A stretch of 64,000 nucleotides of DNA from Nitrososphaerota archaeon (GCA_041641305.1 JBEPYN010000003.1:1-64000); one strand, 5' to 3'. Positions 1 to 10,172 are shown, numbered from the stretch's first letter. Program-made: numbers and translations. Notes: generated by a model from the sequence alone, not told the origin.

Positions 1-800
1 CGCTATCGACGCCGTTTAGCACAGGCTTGTGGGGCAGCAGAGGAGCGGTTATGGTGGGTGGAGCCGTTGCCAAAGCATCCACCATGCTTCGCAAAAAAAT
101 TCAACATATCTCATCCATATTGTTTGAGTGCGGGCCCGAAGATGTTATCCTCGAAAACGGACGAGTGTTTGTAAAAGACGCGATAGAGAACGGCCTTACG
201 CTTTCTGAGCTTGCGTGGAAGGTGTACAACCATCCCAACATGTTTCCACAGGACATGGACTTGTCGCTTATGGCTGAAGCGGTTTATGACCCGCCTAACA
301 TCTGGGAGGCTCCCGATGAACTTGGCAGGATGAATGCGTCGGCCGCGGTTTCAACAATCGCATGCGCTGCCATCATTACACTTGATCCAGAAACCTTCGA
401 GGTGAAAGTGAAGAAGCTCGTATTGGCTGAGAATGGGGGCACATACCTCAGCCGCGAAGACGTTGATGAACAGCTCATCGGTGGTGCAGTACAGGCTTAT
501 GGAGCCGCCTTGTTCGAGGAGGTGGTTTACTCGGACGAAGCGGCCCCGCTGACAACCACTTTCTCCGAATATCTTCTCCCAACGGCCGTTGAGACGCCCG
601 CCATCGAGATAATACATCTTAATGACCCTTCTCCCTATACTTTCCGCGGGGCCAAAGGAGTTGGAGAAACCGCGACAATACCCGTGAACGCGGCAATAGC
701 AAACGCCATTCAAGATGCTCTAAGGAAATGCGGCATCCGAAAGACAATAAACTACTCTATTATGTCTCCCAATCGTCTGTGGAGTATGGTGAGAAAATGA
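1..800 (+). CDS. Xanthine dehydrogenase/CoxL-family molybdopterin-binding subunit, C-terminal part (5' end lies outside the window)
   Basis: Frame open from base 3 (LSTPFSTGLWGSRGA); motifs GSRG, QLIGGAVQAYGAALFEE, FSEYLLPT and GAKGVGE with the catalytic Glu. Confidence 0.85.
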   Translation, partial: LSTPFSTGLWGSRGAVMVGGAVAKASTMLRKKIQHISSILFECGPEDVILENGRVFVKDAIENGLTLSELAWKVYNHPNMFPQDMDLSLMAEAVYDPPNIWEAPDELGRMNASAAVSTIACAAIITLDPETFEVKVKKLVLAENGGTYLSREDVDEQLIGGAVQAYGAALFEEVVYSDEAAPLTTTFSEYLLPTAVETPAIEIIHLNDPSPYTFRGAKGVGETATIPVNAAIANAIQDALRKCGIRKTINYSIMSPNRLWSMVRK

Positions 801-2116
801 CCGAGGTAGATTTGCTGGTTGTAGGTGGGCTTGTGTTGACGGGAGCCGATGGGCCTGTTTATTCGCCTGGCTACGTGGCTGTGAAAGATGATGTTGTGGT
901 GGATGTTGGAAAAGATAATCCATCCGGCTACACCGCGCAGAAAACAATCGATGCATCAGGTATGATTGTTTTGCCGGGACTTGTCAGCGCACATGATCAT
1001 ATGTATGGAGTGCTCGCGCACGGCATTCCTATTAAGACACGACTCAACGACTTTTGGGACTTTCTGAAAAACTTCTGGTGGCCATATGTTGAGGACAGGC
1101 TAGACAAAAACATGGTCGAAGCGGCAATCCACTACGCGGCGGTTGAGAGACTGAAAACGGGAACCACTTGTGTGGCCGATATCCTCGAGGCACCTAACGC
1201 TTTGCCTAACGTGCTCGAGACCGAGGCCCGTGTGGTGGAGTCGGTTGGGCTGAGGGCCGTGCTCTCGTTTGAGGCAACCGAGAGAATGAGTCCAGAAAAC
1301 GGGATACAGGGACTCGAGGAAAACAAACGGTTTGTAGAAAAAATGAACCAGCGGCGTGGACTGGTCAGGGGCATGCACAGCATACACACCACCTTTACAT
1401 GTTCACCCGACTTCATACGGAGAGTTAGAGCCGATGCTGACAAGACAGGGGCAGGGATACATATCCACTTCGAAGAGGGAATCTTCGAGACGCAGCAGGC
1501 TCTAAAAAACTATGGAAAATACCCTGCCCAACTCTACGAGGAGCTCGGGTTCTGGAAAAGCGATGTGCTTGCGTCCCAGTGTGTGAAGACGACACTCGAG
1601 GAGTTGGACATCCTCGCGCGACATGATGTAAAAGTTTCTCATCAGCCGCTCAGCAACGGTGAAGTGGGTGGAGGAATTGCACCTGTGCCTGACATGCTTC
1701 AACGCGGGTTGACCGTTTGTCTAGGCACAGACGGCTTCATAGTAGACATGTTTGAGGTGATGCGGAACACATGGCTGCTGCATAAAGCCGCCAAGGAAAA
1801 CGCAGGCGTCATGCCAGCTGAAACCGTGTTTAAGATGGCGACGGAAAACGGTGCAAAAACACTCGGATACCTCGGCGGCAGAATAGAAAAAGGCTACAAA
1901 GCCGACTTGGTTCTGCTCAGAAACAATTTTCCCACACCTGTAACACCCGAAAACATCGTGACGCAGGTTGTCGTCTACGCAAGCGGCTCATGGGTCGACA
2001 CAGTGGTCGTCGATGGCAAGGTAGTAGTCGAGAAAGGAAAACTAGTAACTGGCGATGAAGAAACCATTAGGCAGAAATGTCTTAAAGCAGCTGAAAAACT
2101 TTGGGCAGGGATTTAA
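797..2116 (+). CDS. Metal-dependent amidohydrolase (SsnA / MTA-SAH deaminase-like)
   Basis: ATG at 797 overlaps the upstream TGA (ATGA); PGLVSAHDH, IHIHFEE, LGTDG, KADLV motifs. Confidence 0.85.
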   Translation: MTEVDLLVVGGLVLTGADGPVYSPGYVAVKDDVVVDVGKDNPSGYTAQKTIDASGMIVLPGLVSAHDHMYGVLAHGIPIKTRLNDFWDFLKNFWWPYVEDRLDKNMVEAAIHYAAVERLKTGTTCVADILEAPNALPNVLETEARVVESVGLRAVLSFEATERMSPENGIQGLEENKRFVEKMNQRRGLVRGMHSIHTTFTCSPDFIRRVRADADKTGAGIHIHFEEGIFETQQALKNYGKYPAQLYEELGFWKSDVLASQCVKTTLEELDILARHDVKVSHQPLSNGEVGGGIAPVPDMLQRGLTVCLGTDGFIVDMFEVMRNTWLLHKAAKENAGVMPAETVFKMATENGAKTLGYLGGRIEKGYKADLVLLRNNFPTPVTPENIVTQVVVYASGSWVDTVVVDGKVVVEKGKLVTGDEETIRQKCLKAAEKLWAGI

Positions 2117-2117
2117 A

Positions 2118-3119
2118 ATGTCTGGAAAACTCAGTAGAGTAGGTCTCTACTTTACCGCTTCCACGCCTCTCAGAGACGAGATGATCTATGCTAAGCTGGC
2201 TGAGCGCGCTGGGTTCACGAGCATTTGGCAGGGAGAGTCAAGAACCTCAAGAGATTCTACAATATCGATAGCTGCACTAGGGGCCGTCACCGAGAAAATT
2301 TTACTCGGAACAGGGGTGCTGCATACGTGGACTCGGAACGTAGTCACTCTCGCAACAACTTTCACCACCCTTGACGAGTTAACGAATGGAAGAGCGTGCC
2401 TCGGCATAGGCGTATTGTGGGAGCCGATGGCCTCTAAAATTGGGATAGAGCGACGAAAAACACTTCAGGCGATGTATGAGCACGTGACTGTTTTGAAGAA
2501 GCTTTTCGGAGGAGAAGAGGTGTTTTTCGAGGGAGAATTTGTGAAGATTAGGGGAGTCAGACTAGAACGTGTCCCTCACCGCGTACCTGTTTACGTGGGT
2601 GCAACTGGGTTCAGGATGATGGAGCTAGCCGGCGAAATAGCTGACGGCGTGCTGCTCAACTACCTCGTCTCACCAGAATACAACAGAAAAGCAATACAGC
2701 ACATCGAGAACGGTGCTAGAAAAGCAGGGCGAAAACTTGCCGACATCGATAGGCCCCAGCTTCTCGCTGTCTCTTACTCGGTTGACCTTGAGAAAGCATT
2801 TCGAAAAGCCCGGCTAATGGTGACGGAGTATCTTGCCATGGAGCCGCATATTGCGCTGGCGTCAGGTGTTCCGGATAAAATTACCAGCGAAATCAGGGAG
2901 ATTACTGGAGGATGGCCGACAACAGTTGAGAAGCTGGAGAAAGCAGTCGACGTGGTTGACGAGAAGCTCGCCTCCCAGTTGATGGCTGTTGGTGACCTCA
3001 ATACCATTAAACGGAAAATTTTGGAGTATGTGGATGCAGGTTGCACGGAGCCGCTTCTCTACTCTGTAACAGGTGAAGTGCTACCAGTGATAGAATACCT
3101 CGGGTCTACATCGTTTTAA
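2118..3119 (+). CDS. LLM-class oxidoreductase, Mer-like, probably F420-dependent
   Basis: AERAGFTSIWQGE, TEKILLGTGV, TLDELTNGRACLGIG, ELAGEIADGVLLN; ATG 1 nt after the upstream stop. Confidence 0.85.
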   Translation: MSGKLSRVGLYFTASTPLRDEMIYAKLAERAGFTSIWQGESRTSRDSTISIAALGAVTEKILLGTGVLHTWTRNVVTLATTFTTLDELTNGRACLGIGVLWEPMASKIGIERRKTLQAMYEHVTVLKKLFGGEEVFFEGEFVKIRGVRLERVPHRVPVYVGATGFRMMELAGEIADGVLLNYLVSPEYNRKAIQHIENGARKAGRKLADIDRPQLLAVSYSVDLEKAFRKARLMVTEYLAMEPHIALASGVPDKITSEIREITGGWPTTVEKLEKAVDVVDEKLASQLMAVGDLNTIKRKILEYVDAGCTEPLLYSVTGEVLPVIEYLGSTSF

Positions 3120-4497
3120 GCAGGTCAAGGTTGGGGTCCACTTTTGAAACAATTCTTTCGAGATGCTTGTTGGCCTGCCTGATTACCTCCTCCTCATCCA
3201 TGGTCAAGACCTTCCTGTCTTTGACGACGAATTTTCCGTCTATCATGACGTCGCGTACGTCAGCTCCCGATGCAGCGTATACGAGTAGGGAGACAGGGTT
3301 CGAAATCGGTGTGACCGAGGGCCTTGTTAGGCTTACGATGACGATGTCTGCTTTTTTGCCGGGTTCGAGGCTTCCCAGCATATTGAGTTTTCCCATGGCC
3401 CTCGCCCCGTTCCGTGTGGCCATCGTGAGGACATCCCATGCAGATATAACCCGTGGATCAAGTGTCCGAACTTTTTGCAGACACGCCGCCATCTTCATCT
3501 CCCTAATCATGTCGTAGCTGTCGTTGCTTGGGCCGCCATCGCAGCCGAGAGCGACGTTTACACCGTGTTTCAGCATGTCGGAGACAGGAGCTATGCCTGA
3601 GCCAAGCTTCATATTGGAGGATGGGCAGTGCGAGACGGTTGTTCCCGTTTCCGCGAACTTTTTCATGTCTTCTTCATTAAGCCATACGCAGTGGGCGTAT
3701 ACATGTCTCTCACCCAGCATGTTGAACTTCTCGAGATAACCCGCCACACCCGTGCCATACGCTTTCCTGTAGTATTCAAGGTCTTCTCTTACCTCCGCGA
3801 CATGGTTTGTTATTCCTGTGTCATATTGCTTTGCGATTTCAGCCGCCTCGTAAAAGAGTTTATCTGATACAGCTCCCGCGCTTCGCAGACCAAGCCAGAC
3901 ATCTATGCGGCCGTCCGCCTGCCCGTTCCATCTCTGATACATTTGCTTGAACTCTCGAATGCATGCTTCCCCGTCCTCAATCATCGAGGGCGGCATCAGG
4001 TTCTCCTCGGTCGCGTAGCCCTTCATATCCATGATCGTCTTGGAGAGAACACCTCGGATGCCTGATTGTTTAACCACCTCGGCTATGCCGTCGAAGCCAT
4101 AGCGGCTGTGCAGATGTATCTCGATAAAGGATGTGGTGCCCGTTTTCAGCATCTCGAGTATGCAGAGCGCGGCGCTGGCTTTGGCGTCCATCTGGTCGTA
4201 AACACCTAGAAAACGCCATACCCAGTCTCGGAGCCAAGGTATGAGAGTTAGGTTGTCAGGTACAACACCACGTAAAAGGGCTTGCGCAAGATGGACATGT
4301 GTATCGACTAGCCCGGGAATAATAAGGCATCTCTCCGCATCAATTACTTCAGCTCCTCTTGCGTGAGGCATCACCTCCTCCCTTGTGCCGACCATCTCTA
4401 TTCTATCGTCTTCGACGAGAACACATCCATCACGAATTATCCGTCTGCTGCCGTCTACGGGGACCACGAATCCGCCCTTCAAAAGGTATCGACTCAT
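3106..4497 (-). CDS. Amidohydrolase, AtzA/MtaD (nucleoside/heterocycle deaminase) family
   Basis: PGLVDTHVHL, HVAE, YAHCVWL, HCPSSNMKLGSG, LGCDG, GKKAD. Confidence 0.9.
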   Translation of the reverse strand: MSRYLLKGGFVVPVDGSRRIIRDGCVLVEDDRIEMVGTREEVMPHARGAEVIDAERCLIIPGLVDTHVHLAQALLRGVVPDNLTLIPWLRDWVWRFLGVYDQMDAKASAALCILEMLKTGTTSFIEIHLHSRYGFDGIAEVVKQSGIRGVLSKTIMDMKGYATEENLMPPSMIEDGEACIREFKQMYQRWNGQADGRIDVWLGLRSAGAVSDKLFYEAAEIAKQYDTGITNHVAEVREDLEYYRKAYGTGVAGYLEKFNMLGERHVYAHCVWLNEEDMKKFAETGTTVSHCPSSNMKLGSGIAPVSDMLKHGVNVALGCDGGPSNDSYDMIREMKMAACLQKVRTLDPRVISAWDVLTMATRNGARAMGKLNMLGSLEPGKKADIVIVSLTRPSVTPISNPVSLLVYAASGADVRDVMIDGKFVVKDRKVLTMDEEEVIRQANKHLERIVSKVDPNLDLLKTM

Positions 4498-4534
4498 CGG
4501 GGTTGAATAGAATCTTACCTTAATTAAACTTACT

Positions 4535-4750
4535 TTACTTGAAGACTCCTTTTTCCTTCCCTCTTTTCATCATGTTGAGCGCGATTTCGGCGGCTTTGAG
4601 TAGGTGTTGTTTTTCTTCCTCGGTTATTAGTCCGAGCTGGTGGGCGAGCTGATTGTTGGCCAGGATTTTGAGGTTTATCAAGGCGTTGCCTATGCTTGAT
4701 CGGAGGACCTCGATTTTCTGTTCCTCGGTCCATTTGCCCGGTGTTATCAA
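4535..4750 (-). CDS. Small hypothetical helical protein
   Basis: 71-aa ORF filling the intergenic gap, protein-like composition, no recognised motif. Confidence 0.55.
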   Translation of the reverse strand: MITPGKWTEEQKIEVLRSSIGNALINLKILANNQLAHQLGLITEEEKQHLLKAAEIALNMMKRGKEKGVFK

Positions 4751-4780
4751 CGGCTAATTAGCTGGTTCCTCTGGATATAA

Positions 4781-5179
4781 CTATTGTCGAAGCCCCCATG
4801 AAACAACTTTCAGCGGCTCCACTGCGATGAAAGCCGCCTCACCTTCTTGCCACGGGTCCCGCCGCACCCATGCAAACCTTTCATAAAAAATCCTGTAAAC
4901 CGTTCGGTACTCTTCTCCACCGAGCAGAATAGTTGCGATACCCTGCACCATCAGGGCTCTGTTGGGGTTGGTTTTGTCGATGACCAATGCGACTTTGTTG
5001 TTGCGTTTTATGTTGGCGAGTTTCTTGGTGCCGAGGTCTGTTGCGATGTAGAATTTGTTGTTATGATAGATGTATGCAACGGGGACTATGTGGGGCTGGT
5101 TGTTTTCATCAGCTGTTGCGAGCCTGCATAGCTCGTTAGCCTCTACAAACTTTTTCTCCGAAGGCTTAAGCACAGCCAT
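4781..5179 (-). CDS. Pyridoxamine 5'-phosphate oxidase-like (PPOX class, possibly F420-binding) protein
   Basis: CRLATADENNQPHIVPVAY and TKKLANIKRNNKVALVID split-barrel motifs. Confidence 0.85.
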   Translation of the reverse strand: MAVLKPSEKKFVEANELCRLATADENNQPHIVPVAYIYHNNKFYIATDLGTKKLANIKRNNKVALVIDKTNPNRALMVQGIATILLGGEEYRTVYRIFYERFAWVRRDPWQEGEAAFIAVEPLKVVSWGLRQ

Positions 5180-5280
5180 AACAGTTCATCTACATCTCTG
5201 AAATATTTTTGTTTACATATGCGGCGCAGTCCTACAAATGCCCCTTAACCATGGCTTGTGGGAAAAAGGTGGTCGGAGAC

Positions 5281-5829
5281 TTATTCTGGCTCGAGGTAGT
5301 AGGTGAAGAACCCTTCGGGCTCTCTTCTCTTCACTACAAGCCTAACAGGCATGCCGATGCGTAGCTTGGCTGGGTCGTCGACGGCCATCCAGCAAAGCAC
5401 GTTGAAGCCCTCCTCCATCCTCGCTATGGCCACGACGTAGTCGGGGTAGTGTAGGTAGCTCGCTGGCTTGACGCTGACCACTGTGTAAGTTACAAGTGTT
5501 CCTTTTCCCTTTATCTCAACCCACTCAAGGTTCTCATCCATGCATATGGGGCAATCGGCCTGCGGCGGAAAATAGTATACTTTTTGGACGGGGCAGCGTG
5601 TGGCGTAGACTTTTCCCTCCTTAAGTCCGTCGAAAAATTTCCGTATCCTTGCAATGGGTATGAGATACTTTAGGCGAAGCTCCCGCAAATCAACCCATAA
5701 AGGGTCTCCTGTCTTCTCATCGGGAACAATCGGAAGCCCCTCGCTTCTCGTTATCTGCTCAACCATCTCCAGCCAGCTCTTCACCATTTTTTCGAGCTCC
5801 TCACGTGGAATCGTCGACACATATCTCAC
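5281..5829 (-). CDS. DUF35-family Zn-ribbon/OB-fold protein (thiolase partner)
   Basis: FFDGLKEGKVYATRCP...YFPPQADCPIC, GKGTLVTYTV, LRIGMPV; overlaps thiolase stop. Confidence 0.9.
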   Translation of the reverse strand: MRYVSTIPREELEKMVKSWLEMVEQITRSEGLPIVPDEKTGDPLWVDLRELRLKYLIPIARIRKFFDGLKEGKVYATRCPVQKVYYFPPQADCPICMDENLEWVEIKGKGTLVTYTVVSVKPASYLHYPDYVVAIARMEEGFNVLCWMAVDDPAKLRIGMPVRLVVKRREPEGFFTYYLEPE

Positions 5830-7010
5830 CCAGGCTTCTGAAGACTGTAAACAGTAACGTATGCGTAGTGTCCTGTTCCACCAACGTTGTGCGACAGCCC
5901 CATGCCTTTTACGATGTCGGCTTGCCTTTCACGCGGAGCCTCCTGTCTAAGCTGCTTCGTAATCTCTGCGGCCATGCTCACACCGGTCGCGCCGATCGGG
6001 TGGCCCTTAGCCTTCAACCCTCCGTCCAAGTTAACAGGAATCAACCCGCCCTTGTAGGTCTCACCCTCACGAGCAAGCATATACCCCTGACCTGGGGTGG
6101 CGAAGCCCAAGTCTTCATACGCAATTATCTCAGCAATCGTGAAACAATCATGCACCTCAACCACGTCAAAGCTTTTCACAGGTTTGGACGGGTCAACATC
6201 TGCCCTGCGGTAGGCTTCCGATGCCGCTTTACGGGCGGCTCTCAAAGTGAGAAAATCAGGTCTTCTGCTGAGGTTTGATGTGTCTGAGCCATAGCCGAAA
6301 CCAGCTATCCAAACCGGTGTATCGGTCAACTTCCTCGCCACATCTTCTGAAGCCAAAACAACAGCTGCTGCACCATCTGTAATTGGGCTGCAGTCAAGAA
6401 GCTTGAGAGGCCAGGCAACAGGCCGACTCTTCAAAACCTCCTCCACTGTCACCCGCTTTCTGAAGGCTGCATATTCGTTAAAGGATGCGTAGAAATGGTT
6501 TTTCACCGAAATTTTTGCAAGGTCTTCTTCAGTGGCGCCATATTTGTGCATGTATGCTGTTGCGTAGAGCGCGTAGTAGCCTGGGAAGGTGAGGCCAAAC
6601 ATCCCGAACTCCCAGAAATAGTTTCCAGCCCTTCCAATGAGCTCGACAGCGGTTGGGGTGGGTGACTCGTTCATTCTCTCCACCCCGACAACCAAGGCTA
6701 TGTCAACAGCTCCCGAGGAAACATAGTTCGCTGCGGTGGCCAGGGCGGCAGACCCAGAGGCGCAGGCAGCCTCGACACGATATGTTCCCACACCAGTCAA
6801 CCCAGCGTATTCATTGACAGAAACCGCTGGCAGCGGCTCAGCACTCCATCCACCAACATTCGCAACAGAAACAAACCCTACATCCTTCTGAGTTATCCCA
6901 GCATCCTGAAGAGCTTGCTTGATAGCCACCCAGGCCAATTCATTTATTCCCTTGTCAGAGGCTCTGCCAAAGGGAGACTGCCCAACACCTACAATCGCTA
7001 CCTTTTTCAC
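5826..7010 (-). CDS. Thiolase / acetyl-CoA C-acyltransferase (archaeal SCP2-type)
   Basis: EAACASG, DCSPITDGAAA, VEVHDCF, KGHPIGATG, HNVGG. Confidence 0.92.
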   Translation of the reverse strand: MKKVAIVGVGQSPFGRASDKGINELAWVAIKQALQDAGITQKDVGFVSVANVGGWSAEPLPAVSVNEYAGLTGVGTYRVEAACASGSAALATAANYVSSGAVDIALVVGVERMNESPTPTAVELIGRAGNYFWEFGMFGLTFPGYYALYATAYMHKYGATEEDLAKISVKNHFYASFNEYAAFRKRVTVEEVLKSRPVAWPLKLLDCSPITDGAAAVVLASEDVARKLTDTPVWIAGFGYGSDTSNLSRRPDFLTLRAARKAASEAYRRADVDPSKPVKSFDVVEVHDCFTIAEIIAYEDLGFATPGQGYMLAREGETYKGGLIPVNLDGGLKAKGHPIGATGVSMAAEITKQLRQEAPRERQADIVKGMGLSHNVGGTGHYAYVTVYSLQKPG

Positions 7011-7061
7011 GATGTAGAAGTTTTATCGTGCAGCATTTATGCATAATAGTAGTGAAGATGC

Positions 7062-9521
7062 TTGTCGCGTAGCTCGTCAATCGTGGTAATGGACCTCGAC
7101 GGAACACTGATTAAGATGAAGTTCGACATTTTTCAGGCAAAGAAAGAGGCTGCAGAAAAGGCCAAGAAATATGGTATCGTGATGCGAGACAACGAATCCA
7201 TCCAAGACTTTCTCGATAGAGCCGCTCAGCATCTATCGTCTGAGGAATTCGCCAAACTAAGGGAAGAGATCCAAGCAATTCTACGAATTGAGGATAGGAA
7301 ATCGGCTGAACAGGCCGAAGCTACACCGGGAATGGCTGAGGCCCTCGCAAAGCTGAAAGCACTCGGTTTCAAACTTGTTGTTGCAACCAACTCCCACAGA
7401 GAAGCCGTGTTAGAAGCCTTGAACAAAACTGGACTCGCCAAATACTTCGACCATGTTTACACCCGCGACGATGTCGAGAGAATGAAACCGCGTCCAGACA
7501 TCTTAATCAAAATAGCTGAAGACATGAAGGCGCCAATCTCATCCCTCGTATACGTGGGAGACAGCGTAAACGACTTGCGTGCTGCAAGGGAAGCTGGTGC
7601 AAGGTTCATAGCTGTATCGTGGGGTCTTCATGACGCTGAAAAGTTTATCGAATACGGTGCAACCGAAATCATAAATCATCCAAGCGAGCTCCTAAATCAT
7701 CTCGGAGTACAGCTCTCTAAAGTTGTGCCAGACACGTCGACAATAATCAACGGCAAGCTCACACAGCTTGTTGAACAAGGTGTTCTCGACGGCTGCGAAG
7801 TCATCATACCTGCCGCAGCTATTGACGAGCTTCAGGCTCAGGCTTCGCAGAAGAGGGAGCCCGGCTTCGTCGGCTTAAACGAGTTGAAGAAAATAAGGAG
7901 CATCGCTGACCAGCACAACCTCACCATAAGAATAGTGGGTGAGAGGCCTAGCCTCGAGGACATCAAGCTCGCTAGGAAGGGGAGGATAGACGCCATCATC
8001 AGGGAGTCGGCTAAACGTGAGAATGCTGTACTCATCACATCAGATTATGTGCAGTCCTTGGTGGCTGAGGCAGAAGGTGTCCAAGTCCGCTATTTCCCGC
8101 CTACAGAGCTTCCCGCCCGACTTTCTTTTGAGCAATACTTCACAGACGATACGCTGAGCCTTCACTTCAAGGAAGGTGTGCCCCTGATGGCTAAACGCGG
8201 AAAACCCGGCCAATTCCAGCTAGTCAAAATAGGTGAACACTCGTTAACCGCCGAAGAGCTTAACAACCTGATAAAAGAGGTCACAGAATATGCTCGGGTA
8301 AAGCCTGAGGCAAACATCGAGATAGTTCGGACAGGGGCTTTCGTTGCGCAGATAGGAAACTACCGCATCGCCGTCGCGAGGCCTCCTTTCAGCAGCGGTC
8401 TTGAGGTAACTATCGTGAGACCCATCGTCAAGCTACGCATAGAGGATTATAGGCTGCCTCCAAAGCTCCTTGAGCGTCTTGAGGAACGTGCTGAAGGCAT
8501 TCTGATTGCAGGGCCTCCGGGAAGCGGCAAATCCACCTTCGCGGCAAGCCTAGCCGAATTCTACAGCAGAATGGGCAAAGTAGTCAAAACCCTCGAGTCG
8601 CCGCGTGATCTACAGGTTGGTCCTGAGATAACACAGTATGGGCCTCTTGAGGGTGATTTTGAGAAGACCGCTGAGATACTGCTGCTGGTGAGACCTGATT
8701 ACACAGTCTTTGACGAGATAAGGCGTGACCGCGATTTCCAAGTCTTTAGCGACATGAGGCTGGCGGGCATCGGTATGATAGGCGTAGTGCATGCGAGCGA
8801 GGCCGTCAGCGCCATTCAAAGGTTCATAGGCAGAGTTGAGCTGGGCATGGTACCCCACATCATCGACACCGTGATCTTCCTAGAGGCAGGCCACATAGCT
8901 AAAGTCTACAACCTCTCCATGACAGTCAGAGTACCCACGGGAATGTCTGAGGAAGATCTCTCAAGACCCTTGGTCGAGGTGCGAGACTTCCTCACAGACG
9001 AGCTCGAGTACGAGATATACACCTTCGGCGAGGAAAACGTCATCATTCCGGTGAAAAAGCTACATGATGAGGTCAGGTCGGAAACTGGTGAACTCAGGGA
9101 AAAGATAACGGAGGCCTTGCGTGTTTTTGACAAGGATGTGGAGGTTGAGATGGTCTCTCGTAAGAAGGCCGTTGTCAAAGTTGACAGGGAAGTATTGCCT
9201 AAGATAATTGGCCGCAGAGGAGAGAACATCTCGCGGCTCGAGAAAGAACTCGGTGTATCGATAGATGTTGAGCCACGTATCGCATCTATTGGCGTTGAGG
9301 TCCCGTTTGATATAAGTGAGTCGGGTAACAGTCTTCGCATAGCGCTGGGTGAGAAAATGGCGGGAAAAACCGTGTCAGTCTATGCTGGGGAAAAGTTTCT
9401 GTTCTCGGCGACGGTTGGTCGGAAGGGAGTAATCACGGTTAGGAAAAATTCGGAACATGGAAGGGCTTTGGTCAGAGCCATCTACGCAGATGTACCAATC
9501 AAGGTTCTCCTAACAGATTAG
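7062..9521 (+). CDS. HAD phosphatase fused to PINA-type ATPase (HAD + PIN + P-loop ATPase + KH)
   Basis: HAD motifs DLDGT, ATNS, KPRPD, GDSVND (aa 1-215); PIN VVPDTSTII...ITSD; Walker A GPPGSGKS; ESPRDLQ; RPDYTVFDEIR; KH IIGRRGENI. Confidence 0.88.
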   Translation: MSRSSSIVVMDLDGTLIKMKFDIFQAKKEAAEKAKKYGIVMRDNESIQDFLDRAAQHLSSEEFAKLREEIQAILRIEDRKSAEQAEATPGMAEALAKLKALGFKLVVATNSHREAVLEALNKTGLAKYFDHVYTRDDVERMKPRPDILIKIAEDMKAPISSLVYVGDSVNDLRAAREAGARFIAVSWGLHDAEKFIEYGATEIINHPSELLNHLGVQLSKVVPDTSTIINGKLTQLVEQGVLDGCEVIIPAAAIDELQAQASQKREPGFVGLNELKKIRSIADQHNLTIRIVGERPSLEDIKLARKGRIDAIIRESAKRENAVLITSDYVQSLVAEAEGVQVRYFPPTELPARLSFEQYFTDDTLSLHFKEGVPLMAKRGKPGQFQLVKIGEHSLTAEELNNLIKEVTEYARVKPEANIEIVRTGAFVAQIGNYRIAVARPPFSSGLEVTIVRPIVKLRIEDYRLPPKLLERLEERAEGILIAGPPGSGKSTFAASLAEFYSRMGKVVKTLESPRDLQVGPEITQYGPLEGDFEKTAEILLLVRPDYTVFDEIRRDRDFQVFSDMRLAGIGMIGVVHASEAVSAIQRFIGRVELGMVPHIIDTVIFLEAGHIAKVYNLSMTVRVPTGMSEEDLSRPLVEVRDFLTDELEYEIYTFGEENVIIPVKKLHDEVRSETGELREKITEALRVFDKDVEVEMVSRKKAVVKVDREVLPKIIGRRGENISRLEKELGVSIDVEPRIASIGVEVPFDISESGNSLRIALGEKMAGKTVSVYAGEKFLFSATVGRKGVITVRKNSEHGRALVRAIYADVPIKVLLTD

Positions 9522-9525
9522 CGTT

Positions 9526-9771
9526 TCACTGTTTTAGCTTACAGTGTGGACATATCCCCGCATCCGCGGGTATCTGCTCGTAGCAATACCAGCAAAATTT
9601 TTTCCCCACGTCGGGCTCCACTGAGACAGGTGGTTTTAGAAAAACCCCCAACACCATCATGATTATCCCAGAGAACAGAAAAATGTATGAGAAAGGAAGG
9701 CCCGCGAAAGCCATGAACACGCCGAAAATCAACGTGATAACCCCTGAGAAAAACAGGGAATACCTACTCAT
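9526..9771 (-). CDS. Small membrane protein with C-terminal zinc ribbon
   Basis: Two hydrophobic helices, then CWYC...CPHC. Confidence 0.7.
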   Translation of the reverse strand: MSRYSLFFSGVITLIFGVFMAFAGLPFSYIFLFSGIIMMVLGVFLKPPVSVEPDVGKKFCWYCYEQIPADAGICPHCKLKQ

Positions 9772-10016
9772 TCACGTGTCCTCCTCTCTGTGCCCGCGCA
9801 GTGAACCATGCCCTTCACTCTCCTTATGTGGCTGACGCAGACAAAGCAGGTGAGAAAAGCCACCGGACCTCCTTCGAGCGGGCAGTCAACATATTCTTTC
9901 TTCATCCTAGAAAGCATCTTTCCTTTGACAACCCCCTTCACCGCCTCTAACGCCTGCTTCTCGATCTTGAACGGTTTATCCGCCACCTTGACCTCTACAA
10001 GAAACTTGGGCTCCAA
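9768..10016 (-). CDS. Small Cys-containing hypothetical protein (probably metal binding)
   Basis: EYVDCP...CFVC...VHCAG; overlaps the downstream start; TTTATT box about 30 nt upstream. Confidence 0.7.
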   Translation of the reverse strand: MEPKFLVEVKVADKPFKIEKQALEAVKGVVKGKMLSRMKKEYVDCPLEGGPVAFLTCFVCVSHIRRVKGMVHCAGTERRTRE

Positions 10017-10135
10017 ACCTCAGTGACACAGCAAAACCGCAAAATAAAGCTCTCATCACCAAACTTAAATGGCCAAACTCCTATAACTCCACCACATAAT
10101 CCCCTAAGCATCAGGAGGTAATACCGATAATCCGT

Positions 10136-10148
10136 AAACGCTTATATC
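10136..10148 (+). promoter_or_regulatory. BRE/TATA promoter of the pilin-like operon
   Basis: AAACGCTTATATC; TATA 31 nt before an in-frame TTG at 10173; 12/13 match to 15431-15443. Confidence 0.55.
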
Positions 10149-10172
10149 AATGAAATCCAGGTGAATGGCCAG

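Noticed and set aside
7062-9521. PINA ATPase as the pilus retraction motor because it lies near the pilus locus
   Set aside because: Its domains match the DNA-repair PINA family, and two opposite-strand genes separate it from the locus; proximity alone is insufficient
10018-10060. Minus-strand GTGATGA...CTGA resembling a C/D box sRNA
   Set aside because: Only ~29 nt between the boxes, no D'/C', and the interval contains the TATA box of the 9768..10016 gene
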